Notes: generated from the sequence alone by a model not told the origin. A stretch of 64,000 nucleotides of DNA from Bdellovibrionales bacterium (GCA_965261545.1 CBDHDF010000002.1:384001-448000); one strand, 5' to 3'. Positions 19,904 through 31,066 are shown, numbered from the stretch's first letter. Made by a program: numbers and translations.

Positions 19904-20950
19904 ATGCCAGTCAAAAGCAGTCTCAGCAAGATACGTCAAAGTATTTCTTACCTATTTTTCAAAGATATCTTTGAATCTCTGATTACAGACTACGAACCAT
20001 TGAGAAAAACGTTTCATGGTTTTTATATCTATGCCATAGATGGCGACCAATTAGCACTTCCTCGCTCTAAAGATCTTTTAAAGGAGGGTTATTGTGGGTA
20101 CCCTTGCCCAAATGAGATGGAAACTCATTTCTTACGTATGTATCTATCTCATGCTTATGACGTTTTATCGGGTGTGACAAAGAATCTTTGCTTTTCTCCC
20201 GCTCTCAACGAAATCGCCAATGCTATTCAAATGATAGGTAGTTTTGAGAGTAATAGCATAACTCTCTACGATAGGCTTTATTTATCTACAGAGATTATTA
20301 AGGCCCATGCTCAAGCCAGTAACTTCTTTATTGCGCGTTGTAAGCGAGGCTCTACTTTTATCCCCATTGTAAATTTATTTAATGGCCCAGGTTGGTATTC
20401 ACGAATGGTTATTGAGGGGGTGGTCATTCATCTCTATAAGTATAAAAACCCAAAGACTGGGGAGTTCTCTGTTTTGGCCACTAATCTTCCGCATGGCTCC
20501 TTGGACAAGAAGGATATGGTTGCTCTTTACTCTCGTCGTTGGGAAATAGAAACGACATTTCGTGATTTTACATCGACAATGAAAATGGAGCAGTGGCACT
20601 CAACAAGCCTTAATGGAATATTGCAAGAGCTGTATTCTTATTTTTGGCTCTTCAATTATACAAAGATTCAAATGAGCATAAATGAGGATGAAGACAGTGT
20701 GAATCAGTTGGTAAAAAATGACTACAAAAAACCTAACTTTAAACTGATTCTTGATTTCATAATGGATAGCATCCCCCTTTTTGTTGCGGGGCTCTATCAG
20801 AAATTTAGGAAGCAGATAAAGTTGCTGATGAAGATTTCAATGGAGAAGAGGAGGCACTTCAAAAGAAGCTATGAAAGGTCTATCAAAAGGGCTGGGAGTT
20901 CTTTTAAAAGAAATAGCTTAACGCAGAGGCAGAGGGGTGTGGTGGCTTAA
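19904..20950 (+). CDS. IS4-family transposase (open frame extends upstream to 19688)
   Basis: AIDG, YDRLY, YSRRWEIETTFR (YREK-like). Confidence 0.88.
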   Translation: MPVKSSLSKIRQSISYLFFKDIFESLITDYEPLRKTFHGFYIYAIDGDQLALPRSKDLLKEGYCGYPCPNEMETHFLRMYLSHAYDVLSGVTKNLCFSPALNEIANAIQMIGSFESNSITLYDRLYLSTEIIKAHAQASNFFIARCKRGSTFIPIVNLFNGPGWYSRMVIEGVVIHLYKYKNPKTGEFSVLATNLPHGSLDKKDMVALYSRRWEIETTFRDFTSTMKMEQWHSTSLNGILQELYSYFWLFNYTKIQMSINEDEDSVNQLVKNDYKKPNFKLILDFIMDSIPLFVAGLYQKFRKQIKLLMKISMEKRRHFKRSYERSIKRAGSSFKRNSLTQRQRGVVA

Positions 20951-21045
20951 GGAAAGAGCCTGTAAACTATTTTGTGTAACTGCCGAATCATATTAGGATG
21001 AACTATCATCCTGAAAGGAGAAGGCAGAATGGATATCAAGACAAT

Positions 21046-21671
21046 GTGTGCCACGAAGTCACGGAGGTGACATGCTGATGTGAAGATGGAGGTAGGTCCT
21101 CCGCACTCGGATTTCAGGATTTGAGTGCAAACAACCTTGCTGCTGCATGGGAGGCAAGGCCCTTGTAGTGAGCGAGCAAGGAAAAGGCCGTAGTAAACGG
21201 TCATGTAAGTACTAGGGAGATGAGCGAAAGCAAACCCACCGACGACGCATCGAAAGATTAACAGTCGCGTCAAAACCGAAGGAAGGTTGTCTCCGTCGGG
21301 ATAAGTCTAGAGGAAGCCTGATGACCGATCTAGACGGCGTGCGGTGTATAGGGGGCATGAACCTAGTACAGGCTTCGTATCGGAACGTGGGAACCTGCTG
21401 GTGGATGATAAGGGAAACGCTATAAGGGAGACCCCCGAAGTGCTAAATACCGATGCCACCAACCAGGGGCAGAGTGATTCGTAGTAGTGATGAAGTTCTT
21501 GTAATGAGAATGGAGCGAAGGGGTCACATGATTTATGGAAGTAGTCAGGCCAACTTGGTTATGCTGAGGAGGAGCCTAATGAAACGGAAAATCATAGGAG
21601 CCGTGTGAGGGGAGACTTTCAAGCACGGTTCTGTGAGGGGCAGTGGGGGAAGTTCCCACTGCCTACTCGAT
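21046..21671 (+). ncRNA. ORF-less group II intron, copy 2
   Basis: Same sequence and same exon position as 6314-6939. Confidence 0.92.
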
Positions 21672-22297
21672 GTGTGCCACGAAGTCACGGAGGTGACATG
21701 CTGATGTGAAGATGGAGGTAGGTCCTCCGCACTCGGATTTCAGGATTTGAGTGCAAACAACCTTGCTGCTGCATGGGAGGCAAGGCCCTTGTAGTGAGCG
21801 AGCAAGGAAAAGGCCGTAGTAAACGGTCATGTAAGTACTAGGGAGATGAGCGAAAGCAAACCCACCGACGACGCATCGAAAGATTAACAGTCGCGTCAAA
21901 ACCGAAGGAAGGTTGTCTCCGTCGGGATAAGTCTAGAGGAAGCCTGATGACCGATCTAGACGGCGTGCGGTGTATAGGGGGCATGAACCTAGTACAGGCT
22001 TCGTATCGGAACGTGGGAACCTGCTGGTGGATGATAAGGGAAACGCTATAAGGGAGACCCCCGAAGTGCTAAATACCGATGCCACCAACCAGGGGCAGAG
22101 TGATTCGTAGTAGTGATGAAGTTCTTGTAATGAGAATGGAGCGAAGGGGTCACATGATTTATGGAAGTAGTCAGGCCAACTTGGTTATGCTGAGGAGGAG
22201 CCTAATGAAACGGAAAATCATAGGAGCCGTGTGAGGGGAGACTTTCAAGCACGGTTCTGTGAGGGGCAGTGGGGGAAGTTCCCACTGCCTACTCGAT
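21672..22297 (+). ncRNA. ORF-less group II intron, copy 3 (head-to-tail with copy 2)
   Basis: Exact junction ctcgAT|GTGTGcc. Confidence 0.92.
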
Positions 22298-22347
22298 AGG
22301 CAAGGAACTAGCGAAGAACGTCAAGACCCAAAAGGATTTATCCGACA

Positions 22348-22592
22348 GGGTGTGCTAACGATATACTGTAGATTATATACCCACAGCGTCAATTTGTGCC
22401 CTCTTCAATCAGCATTTAGTCATAGGTTGAGCTCGACACTGTCGGTTTAAGGCCTTAAAATTTTCATCAATCCCTTAAAAGTTCAATACAAAGCACTTGC
22501 AGAGTCAATCTTGTGGGTAGATTCTTCTTAAACTGATAGTATTAAGTTAGACTAAAGGACGGTAATTTCTACAGTATATTATTAGCACACCC
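22348..22592. mobile_element. 245-bp MITE, copy 1
   Basis: TIR gggtgtgctaa..atatactgtaga; 8-bp TSD ATCCGACA. Confidence 0.92.
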
Positions 22593-24412
22593 ATCCGACA
22601 TAACGGGTCAACTGATGAAGGTTGTTTTAGAGACGGCCCTTAATGCGGAAATGGACGATCACCTAGGTTATGAGAGGCATGAGAAGTCTGAGACCCGCAA
22701 ATCCAACACTCGCAATGGTTACAGTAGAAAGACCATAAAGGGAGAGAAAGGCGAGGTGGAGCTTCAGGTCCCCCGTGACCGAAGTGCCTCCTTTGAACCT
22801 CAAGTCATTCCCAAGGGTAAGACTCGTCTTGAGGGCTTTGAAGACAGTATCCTGACCCTCTATGCGAGGGGAATGACGACCAGGGATATTCAAGGAGCTA
22901 TCAAAGACCTCTACCATGGTGCAGAGATATCCCACTCAGTGATAGCCAACGTGACGGATGCTGTTATTGATGAAGTTACGGCTTGGCAGAACCGCCCCTT
23001 GGATAGCACTTACCCTATCGTATTTTTGGACTGTATCGTGGTGAAGGTCCATCAAGACAAGAGAGTTATTAATAAGGCGATTTACCTAGCTCTTGGTATT
23101 ACAGAGGAGGGTCAGAAAGACTTGTTGGGCCTATGGATTTCTGAAAATGAGGGTTCAAAGTTTTGGTTGAGTGTTTTGACTGAGCTGCAAAATCGAGGGT
23201 TGAAAGATGTATTTATATTTTCTGTAGATGGTCTTACAGGTTTTCCTCAAGCCATTTCAGCGGCTTTTCCCAAGTCTAAAGTGCAACTGTGCATTGTCCA
23301 TATGGTCCGCAATTCCCTTCGCTATGTTCCTTCCAAGGATATGAAAGCTGTCGCCCAAGACCTCAAGTCCATTTATGGCTCTACGACTCTGACAGAAGCT
23401 GAAAAGGCCCTTGAGGAATTTTGTACCAAGTGGTCTTCAAAGTATCCTAATATTGAAAAGTCTTGGCGTAGGAATTGGGACAATCTCATCACTATTTTCG
23501 ATTATCCGGATGAAATCAGAAAGATTTTTTATACCACAAACGCCATAGAGTCGTTAAATAGCGTGATCCGCAAGGCGATCAGAAATCGTAAGATATTTCC
23601 CAGTGATCGGTCGGCTTTAAAAGTTGTATATTTAGCGATAAAAATGGCCTCTAAGCGATGGACACGACCATTACACAACTGGAAGCCAGCCATGAACAGG
23701 TTTGCCATTGAATACGGTGACCGTTTTGACAACTAAGTTTTTTAATAAGGTCCACCACCTGCCTTATAAGGGGGCTTAAAAGCCCCTCTAAGGCGTTGAC
23801 AGAAGTACTGGAATACCGAGACTATGGTTAGGGTAATATAGTATGGGAACCTAAATACATGCCCTCTTGGTGCAGATTTGGGTTTCCATTTTTTTTCATA
23901 TTTCATCCCAATTCTGGTATTTCTCGAATATCCTAAGTTAAAAAAAATAAAAAAAAGGGGGTAATATAGTATGGGAACCTAAACACATGAACCCTTTGAT
24001 GAGATTGGAATTTCCATTTTTTTGAGAGAGCCATTGCTGATTTTTTTTCAACCAAGATGATAATTATTTATTTGAGTTCTTTCCAGTTCTGATATGATCC
24101 CATTACGGCTCCATAATACAATCAAAAGTCCAGAGTAACTAAAGAGGCCAATTATATAGACCAGCGAAGATGTCCACCTCCCCATTAACTTATAATGCAT
24201 TGTGACTGACAAAATCGCTTGAAGGAAAAAATGTCAATTATACATTGACGAATAATATGGGACTGTGCTTTTTGCCAGGAGTGGAGCCACATAAGTGGCT
24301 TTAAGATTTAAGAAAAAAATTGCAGTTACACAATTATTTTTACAGTCCCTAAGGAAACGGCATTGGTCCTAGGAGAGTAGGGGTTTTATGCACTTCCCCC
24401 TTTCGTTCACAA

Positions 24413-24637
24413 CTATGCAATCGATTCTTCATTTACAACATGCTCAATAGATCGCGGGTTCTCCATTTTTTCGGAGGCGTTTAAAACTTCCATAGCCACA
24501 ATATTACCTTTTTTGTCATAATCAAGAATAACTCCTGACCCATTTTCTTCACTCTCGACTATTTCACGATCGGAAAGAACAATTCTAATAATATCAACTT
24601 CAGCATCATAAGAAACTTTCATTATTTGAACTCCCAA
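24413..24637 (-). CDS. DUF2283-like small protein (putative antitoxin); likely start 24622
   Basis: MKVSYDAEVD...ILDYDKKGNIVAMEVLNAS. Confidence 0.75.
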   Translation of the reverse strand: MGVQIMKVSYDAEVDIIRIVLSDREIVESEENGSGVILDYDKKGNIVAMEVLNASEKMENPRSIEHVVNEESIA

Positions 24638-24855
24638 TATTTCTTTATCTTACTTGTTTTATAAACAGTAATTATCTTAAACGGAATCTTTCTCTCATCA
24701 ACTATAATACGAATTAAATACACTTTACCATTAGAAAAAGGTAACCGAGACTGGTAAACACGGCACCCAGAATAGCTACCCACAATCTGTTCAGGTTTTA
24801 ATAAAACTCCTTCGAGAAGTATCTCAGAAATTCTCCTCCTTTTCATTTCCTGCAT
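24622..24855 (-). CDS. DUF4258-like small protein (putative toxin); true start may be slightly upstream
   Basis: SKHVMQEMKRRRI...IITVYKTSKIKKYW; adjacent to DUF2283. Confidence 0.65.
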   Translation of the reverse strand: MQEMKRRRISEILLEGVLLKPEQIVGSYSGCRVYQSRLPFSNGKVYLIRIIVDERKIPFKIITVYKTSKIKKYWEFK

Positions 24856-25289
24856 AACATGTTTTGATAGTACAAATTTTTTATTATTCAGACTCTACCT
24901 CTCCACTTCACCTAATATTTCCAAATATTTTTTAATCTGCTTATGCTATCAAGTATCTTTTTACAAATCATCATAGCTTTTTATTTTTTTAGATCCGATC
25001 ATACACCTCTCCTTTCCTTTAGCACTGTCCTATGGATGTTTAGAATCTATCTCTTTCTCCCAATAATCTTTCAACATGACCAACTGATACCTACTACCAG
25101 CCTTGATTAGCGGTGTTGGAGGATGGTCGACTTGACCCACCATCTTAAAGTTATGGCTTCTCCTCATAAATACCACCAAAAACCCTGAATACCAAGGGTT
25201 TGAGCTAGAAACTCCTTTGATCTTTTGCTGGATGAGAGCTTTTTTTTTGGATTCAAGTCTTTTTGCCTCCTCGATGCGGGCTTTTTCTC

Positions 25290-25420
25290 GCTGAAGGCTT
25301 GACTGTAGGAACTAAGGAAGAAAGGGTCCCTAAGATTCTCACAAAAGATGAGCTTAGGATACTTCTTAAGCAGGCTAAAACAAGCAACAATCCTTGGTAT
25401 CCCACATGGGCTTTTGCTAT
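25290..25420 (+). pseudogene. Fragment resembling a tyrosine integrase
   Basis: EERVPKILTKDELRILL..A....PWYPTWAFAI resembles the region before the catalytic R box. Confidence 0.4.
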
Positions 25421-26353
25421 TTCCCGGAGGGGAGGGCAAACTACTCCCCGGACACAATGGCAAACTTTTGGAGGTTGGCACAACGTGTCGAACTACAATT
25501 TCACTTGCCTTAATGTTCACCTCAACCTCCTTCACCAGTAGCCTTACAATCTCCTTTTTTTGCTCAAAACTCAATACCTTTAAATTGGCACTCACTTTTT
25601 TTTGGAATTCTTGGAGTTGATCTACAAGCTGTAGTTGTTGTCCTTCTTGCCTTTGCTCATACTCTAAAGATTGCTTTTCATTTTCAAGTTGCTTTATTTT
25701 TCCTCTTATTTTTTTTAATCGTGACTCTATTTCTGATAGATTTAGAGTTCCATTTTGATAAAGATCCAAGAGACGTTCCTTTTCATGTGTTATTTGACGA
25801 ATCTCCTGAGCCTTTTTTACAATTAATTTTTCCAATGATTGTTGTTCACCTTTTTGCTCATGAATTCTACTTGTATACTCATCTATAACTGTCTGCGGAT
25901 TTTCAAGTAATTTAACTGTTTGTTCCCAAACTAAGTCATCTAAAACTTCAACTCTTACGGGATGAGATGAGCAAACTCTACCTTTAGCTGGCCACCTATA
26001 ACCATCTTGTCCCATGCAGCGATAATAACAAAGCTTCCTGAAATCCCTAAAAGTTGTAACTAGGTTTAATGTATTGCGTTAACTTTCCTCTCTTCCTATG
26101 GAATTGGCTGCTGTCAACGGTTTGAGAGGTTTAATAGTATTAATATATTTAATATGATTCATAAGAATTTGCTGCGAAAGGTCCTCTTCGTCCCCATTGG
26201 ATAGATGAGGCATAGTGGTAGCCACAGCCACCGTCACATTTGAAACAGATAAAAAACATCATTTTGTCTTGGGAAGCCCATCTATTTGGAAGGCTGAAAA
26301 AATATCCTTTTGTTTTTTAGACAGCTCTCCAAGCATCAGATCACCTGTAGCTA

Positions 26354-28508
26354 GTTCCTGTCCAGGGAAGAAAGTTAAGTAGTTTTAAGTATTTACATGC
26401 CTTCCCTTTAGATTTTATGCTTTAAAATGGAGTCCATCAAACATAATCCGTGTAAATTCAGTTACTTACATAAAACGGAAAAATAAAATAAGTTCCCCCC
26501 CCCCCCCCCCCCTCTCTTGACGAACCTTTCACAGCCCCTCCCTTTCAGTGACTTATGTGGCTATCAACTGGTTACTTGATATGAGAGGAAGAGTTGGATC
26601 AACCTGTGTTTCCACCGTGGTGATTTCAAACCTCCTTCAGGGAAATAACATTACGTTGCGCATCAACTTCAAAAAATACTTGACGTGTTTTTTCAGAGAA
26701 ATAATTTTTGATATTTTATTCTTCATTTATTTTTTATGTAGGTTTTAGGAGGCGTGGGAACCTCTCTATGAGGTAGAATTCTTATCCATGTTCTCCGAGA
26801 ACCTCTCTGATTTTTTTCTTCTTAAAAGACATCCTTGCTCACTTTTTTCCCTCAAAAAAACGTATGTTAATATAAAAATTAAAGAGAAACTTTCACCAAA
26901 GGGGGGACTATGCGCCATTTGAAGAAGACACAGTTGGGACTCTTTTCCCAATATCCTAACCACCAACTCAGTACAGAATTGCAGCAAATTAATAACATCA
27001 TTGATCGCCATCCAGAGTTTGCCCATATGGTTCATGAAGACCTTGTTAAAGAAAAGAAAGATTCTGGTGATATTGGTATGACATCGGAGCAAGTTCTCAA
27101 GGTGGCTATTCTTAAATCCATAAGAGGTCTTTCCTATCGTGCGTTAGCCTTTAATCTTGTCGATTCAGTATCCACCAGAGCTTTTCTGGGCCTTGAATTG
27201 GAAGAAAATTACGCTCACTCCACCTTACAGGACTTGATTGTTCAAATAAGTGAAGAAACTTGGGGAATTATTAGCGCCTCTTTAGTTTCAGATGCAAGAG
27301 ATCAAAAGATTGAGCCGTGTAAGAAAATGAGATTGGACAGTACAGTGACGAAATCAAATATTCATCATCCAACGGATGCATCGCTTTTATATGACTGCAT
27401 AAGAGTTACAGAAAGAGAATTTAAAAAAGTTCGTAAAAATGTCATGAAAGATTTTTGGCGACTTATTTCAAGAGAAGATCTTAAGAGAGCAAAAACCTTG
27501 CTTTACAAAATTAATAATTCCAAAAATGATGCGGAAAGACTACCTTGCTATAAGGAGCTTTTAAAAATCGCTACCAAATTGAACAAAGGATTACCTGATA
27601 CCATCAGAAAGATAAAAAAAGAACAAAAATGTGTGAAGATGAATGCTTTGAAAAAGAGTCTAAAACAGTTAGAAAATGTTGCCTTCTACCTGGAAAAAAT
27701 CATCTTTCAAACTCAAAAAAGAGTTATTGAGGGGAAAAAAGTATCTTCTGAAAAAAAGGTCCTATCCATCTTTGAACCGCATACAGACATTATTGTAAAG
27801 GGGCAAAGAGAAGTCGAGTTTGGGCATAAAATCTTTTTGACCTCAGGGCAAAGCAACATGATTTTAGATTGTCAGATCCCTGATGGCAACCCCGCAGACT
27901 CTGATATGTTTTTAAAAGTTATGAATTCAGTGACACAAACCTATGGGGCTTGCCCTGTAAAAGTAAGTGCAGATGGTGGGTTTGCTTCAAAAGAAAATCT
28001 TGAAGAGGCCAAAGAGATGGGGGCTAAAGATGTTTGCTTCCCAGAAAAAAAAGGAATGAAAATATTAAAGATGGTTAAAAGTGCTTGGGTCTTTAAAAAT
28101 CTTCTCAATTGGAGAGCCGGAATAGAGGCTGTTATTTCATTCCTTAAGAGATGTTTTGGTATGAGAGTTGCTTACTGGAAAGGGCATGATGGTTTTAAGA
28201 GGTATGTAAAGAATGCCGTTTGTGCCTATAATTTTGTTGTCTTGGCAAGACATGAATTATCAACTGTCACCTAAATTTATCCATTAGGAATAACAGCAAT
28301 GGACCAGGTCGAAGGTGCTAAAATCTTCCAAAGGTAGGGGTGCGTCTTCAAATCGAAAAAACTAGGGCGCAAGTCGCTTAAAGACCTTTTTCCCCTTAAT
28401 CTGTAGAGTTTGTGTGGCAAATCTCCAACTCTCACTCCCCCATTGAGGCATTGGGAGGCTCAATGGGGAGTGTCAGAGAACAAAAAATGGGCCTTTCTGG
28501 ACAGAAAC
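26354..28508 (+). mobile_element. ISNCY/IS5-like element copy 1
   Basis: IR gttcctgtccag / ctggacagaaac; TSD TAGCTA. Confidence 0.88.
26910..28274 (+). CDS. ISNCY (IS5-like) DDE transposase, 454 aa
   Basis: RLDSTV..NIHHPTDASLL, EFGHK, SADGGF, WRAGIEAVIS.LKR. Confidence 0.85.
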   Translation: MRHLKKTQLGLFSQYPNHQLSTELQQINNIIDRHPEFAHMVHEDLVKEKKDSGDIGMTSEQVLKVAILKSIRGLSYRALAFNLVDSVSTRAFLGLELEENYAHSTLQDLIVQISEETWGIISASLVSDARDQKIEPCKKMRLDSTVTKSNIHHPTDASLLYDCIRVTEREFKKVRKNVMKDFWRLISREDLKRAKTLLYKINNSKNDAERLPCYKELLKIATKLNKGLPDTIRKIKKEQKCVKMNALKKSLKQLENVAFYLEKIIFQTQKRVIEGKKVSSEKKVLSIFEPHTDIIVKGQREVEFGHKIFLTSGQSNMILDCQIPDGNPADSDMFLKVMNSVTQTYGACPVKVSADGGFASKENLEEAKEMGAKDVCFPEKKGMKILKMVKSAWVFKNLLNWRAGIEAVISFLKRCFGMRVAYWKGHDGFKRYVKNAVCAYNFVVLARHELSTVT

Positions 28509-30253
28509 TAGCTAATTCATAAAATTTTAATCGGTCCATCATTTTGTAAATTTCTATTTTAGACATTTTTTTATATAACTTCTTATCTTTCATAACAGTA
28601 TCAATATGTGAAATTAAAATTAAAGAGAGAAAATTAATAAAGATGCTTCCCCTCATATTCATGAGAGAATGAACTCGACTTCTCCTTCCATTAATATCAT
28701 GCTTGAATGAGAAAAATACTTTCTCAATGATATCTTTGTTTCGATATAAACTCAATATATTTGTTTTCTTTAAATCATGACTATTTGTAATTAATATCAT
28801 AATACCCAGCGTAGAAGATTCTTCATTAATATTTTCTTCATTTAAAGAAATCTTAAATGGAGTGCAATCAGAGATATTGAGAAACCTTTTTTTATTTCCT
28901 AAAGTTTCTTTCATATAGGAACTAGCTTGTTCTTCTGATTTCAAATCTTTCTCAAGAAAGAGTTTCATAAAATCAAGCAACTCTTTCATTAACACAGATT
29001 CCTCATAAACCCTTCTTTCTTTGTCTAAGAAAATATGAGCCGTACAATCAAATCCTCCGATTTTTATTGATTCTTTGCAATGCGAATAAATTTCCTCATT
29101 AAAAGTAAAAGAGCATGATGGAGATTTTATTTTCTCATTTAAAGCCACAGCAAGCTCTCTTGAGAGTTTTGTTCTAAAACTCATGGGTATCAAATACTTC
29201 AATTCCTTACGATGCAGTCCCTTAATATTTTCTACACTAGAAAAACCCTTATCCATAACTAAACAATCTAAATCTAATTTATAACTTGTTATGATCTCAA
29301 TAATATTCGATAAAGTTTTGACATCCGGTATACTTCCAGGATAGATTCTGTACGCTATAGGCGTATGAGTTTTATTGTCTTCAGATTTCCTACTTATCAG
29401 ACCTAAGTTTATTTGTTCGAGATTCTCTCCATCTCTGTTGTAACCTTTCTCTAAAAATTCATTATTCATAGAGTAGGAAGAAAAGGATGTGATGTCAAAC
29501 ATTACCGTACCAGAACCCTTCACTTGATTTATCCATTCGCTAAAGAAAGATTCTATCTTTTTTTGATCTCTCCCAAGATCACATAAGAGATTGCTTATTT
29601 TTTGTGACGACATAAAATTTTTCTTTGAAACATAAGCTTCTTGACACCACATATCGTAAAGATAAAAGGGCTCTCTTTTGATTATTTTAAAAAAAGCTAA
29701 ATGCAAATAATGTTCGTAATTATCTGGATAAATTTTAGACAATGTTTTTAGAAGATTTAGTTGTTCGCATATTTTCTCTAAGAAAAATAAGGCTCCCACA
29801 TTATAGGAGCCTATGGGAATCTTTTTTCTTTTGGTCTTAATTTGACCTGTAAACTCATCCTTTCTTCCAAGGTAGATGCGTTTTTGCCTGGCCTGCTTTT
29901 TTTCCTTGTCCCAAAAGCTTTCAACTTTATAGACATAGGTTTTTCCCTTATTTTTTTGCTCAAAAGTGTATGACATCGTTAATATTGTAACTATGCTTTT
30001 GAAGAGATGACAATCTCTTAATCAAAGTGAAGGCCTTCTCAGACAATAATCAGGACTTAAGTCCTACACCTAGTTACAACTTTTAGGGATTTCAGGAAGC
30101 TTATACCTTGAGTGAGAAGCAGGTTTGCCATAGATCGAATAACCACACTCTTTGCATCATAAAAGGTAAATCATCGAGGAACCCCGTCTTTCAATAATTT
30201 TGAGATGTAATAGACTGAATCCATAACCACTAACTACTTACGAGGAGATAGAT

Positions 30254-30652
30254 ATGGATTTAGAGATTTTACGCAAGAAATTGAGCACATATCGTGGCCC
30301 AAGCGGCCGCATACGAGGAGCCAGTGATGAACTCCTTTATGAGTTGCTGACGGCCTGGGAGAATTGGTCGGGTCCGATGAGCGGCTTCTATAAATCTCTT
30401 GGAGTCAGTAGGAATGGTATGGCCTCAATGATAGGCAAGGCAAAGAAGCTAAAAAGAGAGGGCCATTTTCCGGAGTCAGAGTTTAAAGAGATCAAGATGG
30501 AGCCAAGTTCTTCGCTCCCAGGGGTGAGTTCTCCCTCCCATTCAGGCATCATTTTGAGATGGTCAAGGGGGCAAGTCATCCGTTTTCCCCATGTGGATGG
30601 GCTGATTGAATTTCTAAATAAGACAGATAAGACAGAAAAGAAGGCCTCATGA
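30254..30652 (+). CDS. tnpA: IS66 TnpA-like protein
   Basis: First ORF of the element, overlaps tnpB start. Confidence 0.7.
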   Translation: MDLEILRKKLSTYRGPSGRIRGASDELLYELLTAWENWSGPMSGFYKSLGVSRNGMASMIGKAKKLKREGHFPESEFKEIKMEPSSSLPGVSSPSHSGIILRWSRGQVIRFPHVDGLIEFLNKTDKTEKKAS

Positions 30653-31005
30653 TAGCTTTGAACCGCAGGACCAAAATATTCGTCTGTAAGGAGCCCACAG
30701 ATATGAGGGCTTCTTATGATTCTTTATTTCATCGAGCCAAGACAGTTTTAGACAAGGACCCTTTTTCGGGTCATTTATTTTTGTTTGTCAACCGCCGTCG
30801 TACGTCGTGCAAGTGCCTGTACTATGATGGCACAGGATTGGTAATTTTATCCAAGCGTCTTGAGCAGGGAACATTTTCTAGGATCAATCCTTTTCATAGT
30901 AAAGAAATTGTATTAACAGAGGCCGAGTTTGGTTTATTTTTTGAGGGAGCGAATTTAGAAAAAAGGTTTATAGAAAGTCCTTTGGAGATAAAAAAAAGTT
31001 GCTAA
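30649..31005 (+). CDS. tnpB: IS66 accessory protein TnpB
   Basis: PTDMR.SYD.L, HLFLFVNRRR, KRLEQG.F. Confidence 0.9.
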   Translation: MIALNRRTKIFVCKEPTDMRASYDSLFHRAKTVLDKDPFSGHLFLFVNRRRTSCKCLYYDGTGLVILSKRLEQGTFSRINPFHSKEIVLTEAEFGLFFEGANLEKRFIESPLEIKKSC

Positions 31006-31066
31006 AAAAATATTCCCAATGAGTCAAGAGTTGTCACTTTAAAAATATTTGTTTATCCTTTTATTT

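Larger units (their letters stand above)
21029..23736 (+). pseudogene. IS256 transposase interrupted by two introns and a MITE (main intact segment 22615-23736)
   Basis: Reconstructed start MDIKTIGKELAKNVKTQKDLSDITGQLMKVVLE; VPRDR, FLDC, QLCIVH, TTNAIES motifs. Confidence 0.9.
20956..24349 (+). mobile_element. IS256-family element carrying twin group II introns and a MITE
   Basis: Imperfect IRs; 8-bp duplication TAAGGAAA (20948-20955, 24350-24357). Confidence 0.92.
19547..24365 (+). mobile_element. IS4-family element copy 1, right IR split by IS256
   Basis: IR caatgccgtttccttaag at 19547; right IR cttaaggaaa|taaggaaacggcattg. Confidence 0.9.
26259..29976 (-). pseudogene. IS1634-B transposase split by ISNCY element (C-terminus at 26347-26259)
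   Basis: Rejoined ...KFYELATGDLMLGELSKKQKDIF matches the IS1634-A C-terminus. Confidence 0.88.
26037..30096 (-). mobile_element. IS1634-family element B
   Basis: IR cctgaaatccctaaaagttgtaactagg; 6-bp TSD AAGCTT. Confidence 0.9.

Noticed and set aside
25164..25441. C-terminal ~90 aa of the 283-aa ORF as part of the recombinase
   Set aside because: Read-through beyond the element end into unrelated flanking fragments.
26548..27092. Small ORFs upstream of or antisense to the ISNCY transposase (also 50028-50572)
   Set aside because: Low-complexity AT-rich or antisense shadows with no supporting signal.
30157..30159. TGA recoding suggested by in-frame TGAs in the LSR and upstream of the IS4 transposase
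   Set aside because: TGA terminates many normal genes here (scpA, site-2 protease, hipA, abiEi); the standard code applies.
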